Shown: positions 13,001 through 25,334 of the stretch, piece after piece
Layout: each line of letters opens with the position of its first letter
How positions within the stretch are numbered: the first letter of the stretch is position 1
Origin: Zancudomyces culisetae HAW-14-8
Lineage: Eukaryota > Fungi > Kickxellomycota
NCBI GenBank assembly: GCA_052426225.1
Contig: JBNJNM010000011.1
Coordinates: 186,001-250,000 of the forward strand
Reading direction: 5' to 3'
DNA length: 64,000 nucleotides
The notes under the pieces: model-generated
Told to the model about the DNA's origin: nothing
Databases searched by the model: none
What the model saw: only the letters and a program-made list of their open reading frames with translations
Made by a program: the position numbers and the translations under genes

Positions 13001-13339
13001 TGTTTCTCGTTGCGACTCGGATATCGACGCCTGTCTTCCACCTATCCCGCTCAAAGTACTTAATCCCCCCATACCCATCCCCGCTCTTTGCCCCTCCAAA
13101 CGCTCCATCAAATCCCCAAATTCAATAAGTGAAACATACGTTTCCTCATGTCCTACATTTCCCACATCTCTACCACCCTCTCCGCTAATATCCATTCCTG
13201 ACCGTGTACTTCTTTGTCTCAAAGTCGCTGGACCCTGCACCACTTCCTGTTCTGCTCTCACATCTCTTTCATTGTTGTTATCATTGTTATTGTTATTATC
13301 ATCATTGTTGTTGTTATTTCGTGTATTTTGTCCATCCAT
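10064..13339 (-). CDS. RanBP9/10 (RanBPM/Gid1-like) GID/CTLH E3 ligase subunit: SPRY-LisH-CTLH-CRA with long acidic, Gly-rich N-terminus
   Basis: SPRY motifs FYFEVRVIS, RLPGWDPNSWGYHGDDG, DVIGCG, ANFGQKKFQFDI; LisH LVLAYLVHHGYGATA; CTLH FKMRCQGFVE; CRA FSLLAY..LAEAVNAAIL. Confidence 0.92.
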   Translation of the reverse strand: MDGQNTRNNNNNDDNNNNNDNNNERDVRAEQEVVQGPATLRQRSTRSGMDISGEGGRDVGNVGHEETYVSLIEFGDLMERLEGQRAGMGMGGLSTLSGIGGRQASISESQRETGEEGDISQTLGVARGGSNMVRGRGLEMGVARAGSSGAEASGDINSGNSEREQARGRTRQQGVGQEAEEGIELEAGTRAGTRTGTRIRVGNLGDWTFTRGGVRFGGTGAAELMLNRGLNLGLALGGSGSGGGTGSIRGRGITGSGGGRDTVVDIGLGGFTSDHLDIAGGEEEEEEEEEEDESDDESDEQDDSEEESEESLELNSSEEEDVGEEVLNSSDEDSMYSDEDEEDEELEEEVEEEEEEQIGEGDMDVDVNVDSQILHDIGESEGGGKTRGGKMKAKQVKSFELPEYLKETAFGQKWHSLDRQETQIRDGEKKIVHQMKFPNRWNRKDSHSTVKVISGKRGLQVDYVGKGKDDADAGMVRTNYAIPKEAGIFYFEVRVISQGQEGYIGVGFCGRDVPLGRLPGWDPNSWGYHGDDGNSFLCNGHGKSYGPTYGTDDVIGCGINFMTKEGFFTKNGVYLGTAFSKLDFKGAIYGCIGMRTVGEKIDANFGQKKFQFDIESYVSKQRQELWSEVKATNIKPYLANVEDSSKKVDEKQIIEELVLAYLVHHGYGATADAFVENSVTLRQNQTHNEHGDSRAAKMLREPYVEQRKRICQLIKAGQVFLALDQIRSFYPNLICMNPELIFKMRCQGFVELVKVVYNEGEGGEGNGTTLVDLMADVNFVSSSNDVMDVDDEPPLTASYPYYCGNGNSAATNNSGAACVENSSSPKKKSSISNNSIGTNGVGVGVASATSHEFNYVIVTDDFPKYHVGDLHQLTNKQAAQHIFSYGKILHEYYYNYHHNNRYSTATGSTSNTLDLVGDGQFSNKNIIETLNETFSLLAYKNPHLQRETKRMFNDRGSVGSIESVGSVGSAGSVGSVDGRLKDKALRPRAKPKSRAAIRLNKLRAKDRRASSCSSNHSHRNSHSHSHSCDNQDTLESLAEAVNAAILVIEGKNINSSLERVFMQSRNCVRENVASFCDAKACLLGIDQKFFG

Positions 13340-16300
13340 TTTGTCTTTCCTCTTTCTAGTTAGCTATTACTTGTTTCTCTATTGTTTATTTTTACAATTA
13401 TTTATCGATTCTTTTGAACAGTTATAACATTACTCGCGTCCAAAGTCTGTTTTTACTTTTTTCTTTTTTGCCCCTCTATTTCCTTTGTATGCCTAGATAA
13501 TGAGAAGATTCAAAATCAAAACAGTGGTACTAATACAGTTCAGTTTAATTGATGCCTTTCCAATTCCTTTATTCTTGGGTAAACTTAAATTTTTATTTCT
13601 AAATTCACAAAGCTTCTGTTCTTCTTCCCCGTCTTGTCCTTCTTTTCATTCACCTAGTCAGTTTTCTTTGCGCGAATTGACTTTGATTGATTGGTATTAG
13701 GCCTATTACTCTCTTTTTTAAATACAATCTTAAGTTTCAACTTAAATCCTTTAATTCGTATTTCAACACTTCAAACCCAGTTCTTTACAGGTATTGCAGT
13801 GCTAACAATACAGTTTTTTATTTGCATTCAGTGCTACTAAAATGTTGTATTTTCCCAAAACTTGCAGTAATTCCTATTCCATCATTCACATAAAATCCAT
13901 TTTGATTGGAATTACTAGCATCCATAATTTCTTCTCGGCGTCTTTATTGGCCCATTTTTGCACCACAAATTTGTACAGTTCGTCAATTTTCTATTTGTTT
14001 TCCTCCTCCCCCTTTTTTCTTTTTGGTTTGGCCTGCCATTTATCGGAAGATTTGTCCAGCATAAACAGGAAATAGTCTGCAGAATATTCGCTCAAGCACA
14101 CTTTTTTTTTGTTTCCCATCCTCTTTTCACTCCTTCCTCCTTAAATTATTCAACATTGTTCTCTATATATGCTCTTTTATTTTTTTTAGTTCCAGAATAA
14201 AAGAAAGAGTTTTGCTTGCACGTTTGCCAAACTCGCTGCATATATTTTCTGAATCCGGTAAAAGCATTTAAAGTTTACCCTTGGTTTCCCATTTAATGTT
14301 AAAAGTAAAGCAAATAAAACTTTTGTTTGCTCAACTGACCAAGCATCTCCACCAAATGGGATTCTACCTTGGAATTAACAAACGAATCAGCCTGCAAAAC
14401 CAAAATTAGCTGTAAACTTAAAAGCAATTAACAAACACACAAACAAATCAATCAGAAAATTAATTAGTGTAGTAAAAATGAGCAGCTTTATTACCACGAG
14501 GGTTAAATATAATGATATAGTATAATAATTCTATTGCGAAAACAAGTGAAACTAAAGCTAATTATCAACTAGGTTAGTTTCCCATTTACAGCTCATTTTC
14601 TCATTTCCAACGGCTCTTTGTTATTAATTATACCTTCTCTTCCAACTTAATATTCTGTAATATGTTATGATTAATATATTAATATATATAATAATAAATG
14701 GAAATGATCCTGGATCGATTCCTTCAGACTGTCAGTGTTCTTTGTGCAGAGACACTTTTCATTGTTGATGCTCTATGTATAAAGATCCTAGTCCATATCG
14801 GTACTTTTCTACACAGACTTTGGTTACTAAGGGAACTCTTTGTACTTTGTTTCTACCATGTCTACCGTCTCACTGTCCTATCAATTCCATGCTGAAGTTT
14901 CACAAACCAGGATCCCAAAAGTCTTTTTACTGCAAAAGCAATAACCACCTCAGCTACCTACCTACTTTGTATATTTTATTCCATGAGGATATTATAATTA
15001 CCAAAATTATAGAATCATGGATTTACTTGCACTTATATTAAAAAAAACATGTTTGCATTACCAATCACCATATACCTAACAAAATTATAATGATTTCTTG
15101 CCCTACTATTTATTTCATTTGCAAAAAACACCACAGACCACAGTTTACTTTATAAATTTTGTTATCTTCCGGTTATTTATAACTAATTTCATGTTTATAG
15201 ATTTCCACGAGCGTGGTAGTCAGTTAGAAAAAGTACTCCTGTTTGCCAAGATGTTTGTCTGCGCTCAGCTACTTACACGTATGTTCTGATGACTATAACG
15301 ATACAACAGTTTATTTAGAATTATTAAAGCCTCAATACCTTATATTGTCACCGAATTAATAATCTATTTTGGCCTAATTTATCTAGCACACTAAAGCTAA
15401 GGTTGATAATAAAAGACACTGAGAGGCTTGAACCCTGTTTTTTTATAAAACAAACCTTATCATCAATAACGACATGGGTATGGTGTTCAAAATGACTCAT
15501 AAATTCTCTTTAGCCTTTCAAATACCTGTATTTTTTCTGATTATATTAATAATAAGCTTTCGTTCAGCTAAAAGAACTAGTAAATAAATAAAAAATATAT
15601 TATATCCTTTCCATACACTATCCTCTCTAGCTGGTGGTTCCTTTTTTGTATACACACACATACATTCTCAAACACTATTTCCAAATGTGTGCGCATATTT
15701 TTATGCCCACTACTGTATTCTACATCGTATATAGTTAGTTACTGATTTATCTGAAACACAGCTTTTGCAATAATAAAATCAACTAACGGCATATTACATA
15801 TAAACTCGAACTATTTAAATGTCTATCACTGTTCACACCTTTGTAAGCCTAGCTTAACTGGATATCACTTTAAGGCGTTGTAATAACCCACTGAAAGGAA
15901 AATAAGAATTTTGCAATCAAATAAATAACCCAATATGTCCTGTTTAAGAAGTTACAGTTAGATATACATAAGCATACTTACAAACATTGGGCCATGTGGC
16001 TAGGCTTATAGCACTGTTCTCCTACTCCAATACTCGCCATCTATCTCTATATTAGAGCACTCCTCCCCCTCCCGTTTTATCTTGTATTTCATATGCATGG
16101 TTATTGATTATATTAGTGACACCACAGGTTTTATTCCATTTCTTCACTGTTGGTCATTGCTTTCAGTCACATTACCCGAAAAAAAAATCTGGAAAATGAT
16201 TTTCCTGTTTAGGCTCGTAATTTTTTAATAATAGAAATCGGTTTTAACCTTAGCCTTACCTTTATTCCATTCACTAAAATTCTGGTAGTTATAACCCTAC

Positions 16301-16682
16301 GGATGCAAATCTGGGCTACAGCGCGTAAACCTAAATGCTCGCGAAATAAAAAGCATCCACATGTACATCAAACCTGTTTTTGAAATCATTGTATATCAGG
16401 GATATACGGGTCCAGATATGAGAGTCTTCTATTATTATTTACTCCTTCAACTAGCAAAAATGGTATTACCAACAACCCATTTTGTCATCTTGTCAGCAGA
16501 TTTTTTCTTTATCTTTTTTTAGAAAGGTGAGGAAAAGTAAAGAAAGTATCAAAGTACTACAGTACATATTTACCAATTGGTAATGTGCTCGAATATATAA
16601 ATCGCAGCTGGTTGTATATCTAAAAAAATTACACACTAAACTAGCAAAAAATATGATATAAGCCGGCGACGCTAATACGCTA

Positions 16683-16710
16683 TATTACTATTATTACTAT
16701 TATTACTATT
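16683..16710. repeat. Tandem 9-mer (tattactat) x3 upstream of the MFS gene
   Basis: Seen directly. Confidence 0.8.
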
Positions 16711-16788
16711 AACGGTTTCCGAGTATTAAAAGACCGAAGAGAAACGATATTACTGATAACAAAAAAACACCCTCAAGTGCTTAAAAGC

Positions 16789-18150
16789 ATGCAGCATATC
16801 AAATCTATGTACTACACCACAAAATTTCAGATTGTGCTTTTGGGGTTGATCTGTTTTTGCGTTGCTGGAATGTTCAATGCCTTAAACTCCATGGGTGGTG
16901 CTGGACAAAAGGACGGTGCTATTGCAGCACATGCAAGTTTTGCGATGGGAGTTGTTTATGGAACACTTGGTTTTTTTTCCTCCGCTATAATCAACATCTT
17001 TGGGATTAAGTTCCCACTCTTTTGCAGTGGCATTGCGTTCGCAATGTACACAGCGAGCTACCTAGTAATAAATGAAACGGGCGTTTCACATTTCACAATA
17101 ATCATCGGTGGCATCCTAGGGTTTTTTTCAGCAGTATTATGGACCGGACAGGGAATGCTGATGACAGCATATCCGCTCGAAAACGAAAAAGGAAATTTTA
17201 TATGTATTTTCTGGGTAATATTCAGCATCGGTGGTGTATTGGGCAGCGTAATACCCATGGTGTTAGGCTTAGAGGGCAAACAACTGCCAAATTCTGGATA
17301 TGGTGCGTTTTTAGTAATTCAGCTTTTTGGTGCGTTTTTGGCTTTATGCCTATCACCACCATCAAGAGTACACCGATCAGATTACACAAATATATCCTTG
17401 GAAAACTCTCAAAATATCGTTATTGAGCTCAAAGAGACATTGAAGTTATTTACCAACAAAAATATGTTGCTAATAGTCCCACTTTCGCTTTACTCCAACT
17501 TTTATGTCGCCTATCAGTTTGGCGTATATAATATAAAAAACTTTGACACAATGTCAAGAGGATTCAACAACGCGGTATACTTCCTCTCAGCAATGGTCTC
17601 TTCTTTCATATTCTCCAAACTACTTGATTCTAAGCTTTCTAGAAAAAAAAGAGGATTTATATCGGTACTTACACTGTATGGCTTTTTGAATGCGGTTTGG
17701 ATACTAGCATACTTCCAGCACATAAATTTTGAGGCAATACTCAGTGAGCACCAAGGGCACATACACACACCTGCTCTATACAACTACAAATCTACAGGAA
17801 GTGAGTATATACTACCATGCCTAATATATTCGTTTTTTGGAATGCTTGATGCGATGATCCAGAGTTTGCTTATATGGTTGATCGGCTGCCTTGATTCTAA
17901 CAACATTGTTTTGTCAAGGTATTTTGCGTTTATGAAAAGTGTCCAAAGTATTGGCTCGGGGATTGCATGGGCTCTTAATGCAAATAAAATAAGTACAACG
18001 GCACAGTTTTTTATAACCTTTTCGCTTCACTTGCTTTCAATACCAAGCACACTGTACCTGTGTTCTGTTATTCAAAATACTGAAGAGATTAAGGAAAGTT
18101 TGACCAAAAAAGACGAGATAGTATCAGTTGAAGAGAAAGGAAGCCCTTGA
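16789..18150 (+). CDS. UNC93-like MFS transporter (DUF895/MFSD11 type)
   Basis: CFCVAGMFNALNSMGGAG, LWTGQG..AYP..EKG.FI.IFW..F..GG..G motifs; many TM helices. First ATG at 16789 (the track start is GTG). Confidence 0.88.
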   Translation: MQHIKSMYYTTKFQIVLLGLICFCVAGMFNALNSMGGAGQKDGAIAAHASFAMGVVYGTLGFFSSAIINIFGIKFPLFCSGIAFAMYTASYLVINETGVSHFTIIIGGILGFFSAVLWTGQGMLMTAYPLENEKGNFICIFWVIFSIGGVLGSVIPMVLGLEGKQLPNSGYGAFLVIQLFGAFLALCLSPPSRVHRSDYTNISLENSQNIVIELKETLKLFTNKNMLLIVPLSLYSNFYVAYQFGVYNIKNFDTMSRGFNNAVYFLSAMVSSFIFSKLLDSKLSRKKRGFISVLTLYGFLNAVWILAYFQHINFEAILSEHQGHIHTPALYNYKSTGSEYILPCLIYSFFGMLDAMIQSLLIWLIGCLDSNNIVLSRYFAFMKSVQSIGSGIAWALNANKISTTAQFFITFSLHLLSIPSTLYLCSVIQNTEEIKESLTKKDEIVSVEEKGSP

Positions 18151-18712
18151 ATTTTTTGGCTAGGTCAACAAAAACCGTATCATAGCGGCCTGGCTAGGCT
18201 AGAACCTGTAACAAACTCGGATTTTCATACCTTGATTTTTAAGGGTGTACATATAAATTTCCACTATACAAAGTTAGGCATACCATTGTTATAACTAGTA
18301 CACTTTTCTCTTACTCAACTACATACCTTTTTTTAAAAACATAAAAACAAAAAAAAATGAAAACATTTTCAATTGATTGATGCATCGATGACCTGAACAT
18401 TCGCCCTTAAGTTAGTTGTAATAGTAAGCTCATAACGGTATTTTTATTTCCGAATACGGGTAAACTTGATCGAAATGTTAAATTTGTGTTTTTCAATGTT
18501 GCACATTCACAAAGTTTAATAGCATGACATACCTTTAGCATTGTAAAAAGCCACCATAGGCTATTATTCTCGTTTCTTTGAGATATAACCTCCAAATTCT
18601 AGCACAACGCATGTAATACTACATCCCTCTCCCCTAGTACTACGAGCTTTGGTAGACATAGCTTGAATGTCTTGAGAAATATTCACTTGAAGCATACAGG
18701 TATTAACTCAAT

Positions 18713-18744
18713 TTATACTATATTATACTATATTATACTATATT
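18713..18744. repeat. Tandem 10-mer (ttatactata) x3
   Basis: Seen directly. Confidence 0.8.
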
Positions 18745-18862
18745 TATTTGATATCAAACTCATAGAAAATGCAGCTTTTCACACCAGGTCATCATAGCTG
18801 GTTCAAACAAGAAACCTCTCATACCAAAAACCACTCATAACGACATTGTAACAAAATTTAGT

Positions 18863-19786
18863 CTAGATTCTACGCAAAAAGTCCTTAATTAAGGTTTGAA
18901 GGTCAAGAGCTCTTGCATTCGCAACCTCCATCACTTCTTCATGGTTTGCGAAATTCTCAACCTTTCTTTCAATTGGCTCGTTGTTTAGTTTGGCTCTGGC
19001 AATATCAAGGGAGCTGGGCTCTTTAGTGAGAACAGCTCTGTTGGTAATGAGGGATACTGCAAGAACTTCCAATCCGCAGTGTTTGGCCACAACAACCTCT
19101 GGAACAGTGCTCATACCGACAGCATCGCAGCCGAGCTTCAAGAGTGCGCGGCACTCAACTCTGGTTTCGTAGCAAGGGCCAGTGACCATCCCGTAAACTC
19201 CTTCGTGAACCACCAAGTTTTTCTCGTCTTTAAGGTGTGTATTTGTAAGGTAGCACTCTGCAAACAATTCACGGAGACGTGGTGTGTATGCATCTGAGAT
19301 GGCAGGAAAACGTGGTCCAAAATCGTCAATATTGGGTCCGATAAGTGCGTTCAGCCCAGCCATTCCAGCATGTGCATAGTGGTCAGAAATGAGCATCAAA
19401 TCACCAACATTGAAGTCGGGGTTCAAACCTCCAGCCGCATTTGTTACAATTACTATCTTTACACCCAAGAGTTTAAAGACTCTAATAGGGAATGTCGCAA
19501 CATGAACACTGTAGCCTTCGTAGCAATGGAATCTGCCCTTCATGCAAACAACGTTCTTTCCTGACAGTTTACCAAAAACTAGTTCGCCTGCATGGCCATG
19601 AGCTGTGCTTCCAACAAATCCTGGTATTTTTTCATAATTAACGCTTAGTACATCACCTTCTAGAGATTCTGCAAGACCTCCCAGGCCGCTACCACATATT
19701 ATAGCAATTTCAGGAAGTTCGTGTCCCTTTCTGAGTTCTTTGATGGAGTTTGCAGATTCTTCGTAATCTTGAAGAGTAAAAGCCAT
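18863..19786 (-). CDS. PNP1: Purine nucleoside phosphorylase (trimeric type)
   Basis: ICGSGLGG, GRFHCYEG, TNAAGGLN, GPCYET, DAVGMSTVPEV, SLITN, NHEEV motifs. Confidence 0.96.
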   Translation of the reverse strand: MAFTLQDYEESANSIKELRKGHELPEIAIICGSGLGGLAESLEGDVLSVNYEKIPGFVGSTAHGHAGELVFGKLSGKNVVCMKGRFHCYEGYSVHVATFPIRVFKLLGVKIVIVTNAAGGLNPDFNVGDLMLISDHYAHAGMAGLNALIGPNIDDFGPRFPAISDAYTPRLRELFAECYLTNTHLKDEKNLVVHEGVYGMVTGPCYETRVECRALLKLGCDAVGMSTVPEVVVAKHCGLEVLAVSLITNRAVLTKEPSSLDIARAKLNNEPIERKVENFANHEEVMEVANARALDLQTLIKDFLRRI

Positions 19787-20398
19787 TTTGTTAGTCCTGG
19801 TACTTTTTTTAAAAGAAAACTATATTGTGTTTTTTTTTTCTAATTAAAATGTAAAAAAGAGAAAAAGTTTATGAGAGGAGGGAAGGCATATTTTTGACCA
19901 AAAGCGCTGCTTTTTATAGATAATTTCCAAAACTGCCACTTTGGAACAGTTACAAGAATCAAATCCATGAAATTATTTAACCAGTTGGAGAAAAAGAAAA
20001 AAACTCGGAATCTTTTATTTTGCAAACCCGTATGTTCAGAGTCAAGAATCTACTGTTTCTCAGTTTATTTTGTAAGAAATTAGGTTCCAACTAAACTAGT
20101 TCTACGCTTGGAACTATATGATTTGATTCTTGCCATTAGGTCACTATAATTTTGAAATTCTGAACTTTCTAAATCCAGTAACTAGCTTTTTGTAAATCCG
20201 TTATAATAAACACTTGCTGGATCTGGTTGGTAGTTTTTTTTCTTTGAATAGGACAGGCTGGCAAGGCGTACACCGAACTGCACGATTAAATAGAAATACA
20301 AGTACAAGTACAAATAAAGATATAAACAAAAATACATGCATATAGAAAACGAGAACGAGAGATAAATCAGGCAGTTAAAAAAACAAAGGAATCTAACA

Positions 20399-21861
20399 AT
20401 GGTCGACGTAGCCCGAGGAATCAATAGAGCGATGAGAGTTCATGGTTTTTTGGCCGTAAATAAACCAAAAGGTCTATCGAGTGCGAGCGTCCTGCGGTTT
20501 TTGAAACAGCTTTACTATCCCTCTATGAATAAGAACCACAGAAAATCATTTTCCGAATATTTTTCTGTTGAAAATGAAAGAGTGCTTGAACGAGTAAAAG
20601 CTGGAGAAAACGTTAGAAAATTACCTTGGAAAGTTGGACATGGTGGCACTTTGGTGAGTCGAACAATTTATTAAAAGAAATTGACAAATTATGATAACTT
20701 TCAATGGGATTTAGGCTTAATCCGTGTTAAATTAGATATCGTGGGACAGGCTAAAGTGTTTTTTATTTAAAATAGGATCCTGAGGCCTCAGGGGTACTGT
20801 GTAAGCATGGTTTCTCTTTTTTTGAATCTATCTGACTCTGAAACTTTTTAGTGTGGAATTTGATATGCAAAAGAAACAAGGAATATCAGCCTCTGTTATA
20901 CAAAAAGCTTGCTAAAATACTGAATAGTAATCACGCTTGGGAATGGATGCAAAAGCCAAAAATACTTTGAAAATTTTCACAAAGTAAGAAATACTACGAT
21001 TAATCTGTTCTCTAGAAAAGGCAGTTGTAAGGGGGACGGTGTTTGTATAATTTCTATCCCGAGTTAAATGATGAAATGTGGCAGAGTTGATAATGCTAAT
21101 GCTTGACAAAAAAAAACTGTGCGATAGGCATATATAGGTAGGGCTATACTTGGATACGCCACAGATACATTGGATATGGATGGAACAATTGTAAAAAAAG
21201 CTCCGAGGCTGGAAGATACCAAGAATAAGATATTATCAGTAATCCCAAGATTTATTGGACAGATTAACCAGGTTCCTCCTTTGTATGTTGCGATTAAAAT
21301 ATATACGTAGTATGTAAAATTCTTCTCTGAGACATGTCTTCAAAATAAACTAGATATTCTGCTGTAAAGCTTTTGGGGAAACCTCTATATTCATATGCAC
21401 GCAAGGGTATTCCCGTAGATTCCACAGCAAAGTTAAGAAAAACCACCATAAATTCGATAAACTTGGATTGGTATTACGACTCAATTACTGAAAAACTCCG
21501 AGAACAGCCTTCAGATAAAGGTCAGCTTGCATACCAAGGCACTAACAGAATTGAAATCGGGGATCCAGCAACCAAGCTACTCAGTACAGACGAGGGGAAG
21601 GGGTACTTTCAAGTATCTGTAAAGTGTAGTAGGGGTACATACATAAGAACATTGATTGACGATATGTGTAAGGAGATCGGAAGTTGTGGTGTCACCTCTG
21701 ATATTATCAGAACTGAAGAAGGGCCGTTTAAGTTGGGTGTAAATACAATAGAGCTTAGCGAGCTTGAAAATGTCGAAGGTGTTCTAGCTGCTGTTTCCGA
21801 ATGCTGCAAACTCCTGAACTATAACGGAAACCCTGATGGGGCCATAACACTTAGTGTATAG
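20399..21861 (+). CDS. PUS4: tRNA pseudouridine-55 synthase (TruB family); exons about 20399-20653, 20776-20800, 20928-20983, 21128-21282, 21354-21861
   Basis: VNKPKGLSS; GHGGTL|DPEASGVL (catalytic Asp just after intron 1); K|AY..LGYATDTLD; PPLYSAVK..GKPLY; CSRGTYIRTL. Confidence 0.92.
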
Positions 21862-22177
21862 AAATCACTCACTTGATACTGTCCGGTTCTACTAATGGTT
21901 TTATTCCCATCTTTGAAACGTGCCTCCGAGCAATGTTGAGAAGCAGAAAAACTGAACCAGAGGCAATGGTATTTAATTTGTGAGCTTTTAATAGATTACA
22001 CTAGATTTATTTAAAAAAAGTTTTAACAGTTCAAACTCCTAACTAGAAATTGAGCTTGAACTTAAGTATAAATATAATTACAAACATATATTTATCAAAT
22101 TCCATCTCGACTTTATCATGAAATTGGTAAAAAGTGCCATTTTTTAGCAGGTAACTGAACAAATCACAGCAAAGATA

Positions 22178-22516
<339 letters not shown>

Positions 22517-22731
22517 TTATTGAATATTCTTATAAAGTTCAACGATTTAAAAAAAAATGCGCTGACACTCTTCAAACTGGCTGGAGAATTAAATTTTTTG
22601 ATAAGTAATGTATTTGTGTATGTGGGAAATGTGAAGTATTTATAAGAAATTGGTTCCATCACGTTGTTCCTTGCAACCTTCAGGAGCAAGTGGAAAAAAA
22701 AATCCTCTCATCTACACAAGGTTTGAATTTG

Positions 22732-22749
22732 CACGAAACTTGGACGCGT
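22732..22749. promoter_or_regulatory. SCB-like CACGAAA and MCB-like ACGCGT upstream of H4
   Basis: Motifs at 22732-22738 and 22744-22749, about 250 bp upstream of the H4 ATG; function inferred from known G1/S elements. Confidence 0.4.
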
Positions 22750-24404
22750 TTGACTTTTTTTTTTCTTGAATAATTTTTCGGTTTCTGTTCAGCTTGATGT
22801 CATCTTAAAGTGGCATCTGTTCTTGTGGATGAAAAAAAATGGTTGATTTAAATTACCTCTTCACCAGATATACAATTAGAAGTTCGCAAAAATGATTTTC
22901 TTTGGGGGCTACAGGCAGTTTCATTGGTCAGACATTTTTTGTATACAGCATTTCGATTATCATTTTGAAAAAAAACTTGTGATGCAGATGCGATATCACA
23001 TCCAAGTGTTGCATTTTTCTATTTTCGTATCACTTATTTGTGTGCGTAGTCCAATTTAAAATTTTTTCACATCCAGAAAAGAAAAAATCCAACTTTGAAA
23101 CACGAACCTTTGGTCAGCAAATAAGCATTGATTCTAGTTGAGGTTAAACCAAAAAGAGGAACAGGGGAAAGGAAAAGAAACAAGCAGAATTTTTTCTTTG
23201 TGACTTTTTTATCCGAGTCATGCTAGGTACAAGACCCGAAACTTTATGGGTAATTGCAGTGATTTTAAAAAGTAAAAAAAGTGCTGCTTGCCTAGAAGTA
23301 TGATTACAAAAGTAAGAGATGTTCCAAGCAGACGAAGAGTACTTAGTCCGCTCCTTTTTCGTAAAGGCGCCAACTTACGTGAAATAAAAAAAAATTTTAC
23401 TTCAAATAAAAATTCAACAAACGCCAAAGTCTGTTTAATGTAGTGCCCCACCAGATTTGCACTATCCGCACTTAGCAGGAAATAGGCTTGGTAGAGTTAT
23501 AGCCTTTTTTTTTATCGTAAAATAGTAGAGTTGGGAATTGTGTTTGTAATAAGCAAACAAGCAAAAGCAGATAGGCTAAGAAAATTGTTGTGGTTCATCT
23601 AGAACAAGCGCATCAATTCTATATTTTTCAGCAAACTCTATACAGAAGGGCTGGGTGAATCAAGAAAGTAAAAAAAAAACAAAAAAGAATAGCCTTGGGC
23701 TTACACTTTTCTCCACATACACACAAGCATCTCCATCCCAATGTTTTATTAAAAACTTGAATTATGTTGGCCATACTGCTCGTTCTTGCCATCCTAGTTT
23801 TGGCTATTTGGGCTACCAGTTGATACAAAAAGAAGAGCTCTTGTATTACAAAAAATAGTACTGAATGTACCTGTGCACATGTATCCATATTTAGTGTCAT
23901 ATTTACAAAAATAAAGCAGCTAAAAGACGTTAACCAGCGCGGTTTAGCACATATCGCGTTAAAGAGGACGTGTATATTAACACATGATTGCCTCTACACA
24001 CGTACACACACATACACACGCTATTTTCAAATATACATCATATACACAAGTGAAAATGGTGGTTAGGATAATTACAGCCACAGTTGTAGCTTCACAACTA
24101 TACAAGGCAGGATTTGCAAACCATCAAAGAAAAAACTCCCCAAAAGAATGAACTCTTTGTGTCAGTGCCAGTAAAATATCAAGCTGTACAACTTATTGTA
24201 ATAATAAAAAATGCTATTAATAGGTTCTTTTGCTATGGGTGGCGTTCGAGTCCATCCCAAGATAGATTGTCACTCACATTATTTGGACTACATTTAAGGT
24301 TTATTTGCTGCAAACATTTAAAGCGCATTTTGGATTTTCTCACTTAGCCAATCCCCACCCATGCCGTTAATAATAATAAAAGTAAAAGATGGGGAGGAAG
24401 TAGG

Positions 24405-24451
24405 AGTGAGAGTGAGAGTGAGAGTGGAAGTGGAAGTGGAAGTGGAAGTGG
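24405..24451. repeat. Compound hexamer microsatellite (gagtga)n(ggaagt)n
   Basis: Seen directly. Confidence 0.85.
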
Positions 24452-24671
24452 GTGAATTTAGTCTAGTGGATAAAAATGCTTTAAGCGCAATTTACTTTTT
24501 CATTTTAAGAATCGCGCGACCTTCGATTTCTGAAGGTTAGCTTCGAATCAATCTGCACAAACAATATTCTAAATTTGAATTAACTCGGGAATTTATCTTC
24601 CAAAAGTTGATGAAAAAGTTTGTTTTTTTTTTTTGAAAAGCTAACAATACAGTCATGTCACGAATTTGAAA

Positions 24672-24795
24672 ATTTCGCGAAATGATAACTCAAAAGAGTT
24701 CAGCGTTATTTTCCCGGAATTTATAATTTGGCATATTCCTGCTCCTTTGCGAAAAAAAAAGCATAGGAAAATTTTTTTACTGTCGAGTATAAATA
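24672..24795 (+). promoter_or_regulatory. H3 promoter: palindrome ATTTCGCGAAAT (SCB/E2F-like) and TATA box TATAAATA
   Basis: Palindrome at 24672-24683; TATA at 24788-24795, about 130 bp before the ATG. Confidence 0.5.
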
Positions 24796-24875
24796 TCCCA
24801 CAAATGCGCCCAAGTTGAAAAAAGTCATTGTACTCTAATACTAGCTTTCCAAGTCTGAAACAGAAATATTATTAA

Positions 24876-25334
<459 letters not shown>

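Noticed and set aside
12159-13427. 422-aa Ser/Pro-rich ORF on the + strand
   Set aside because: Antisense shadow of the Glu/Gly-rich N-terminus of the RanBP9-like gene; non-ATG start and low complexity.
24237-24258. GTTCGAGTCC resembling a tRNA T-loop
   Set aside because: No proper T-stem, acceptor stem or anticodon arm; only a small hairpin.
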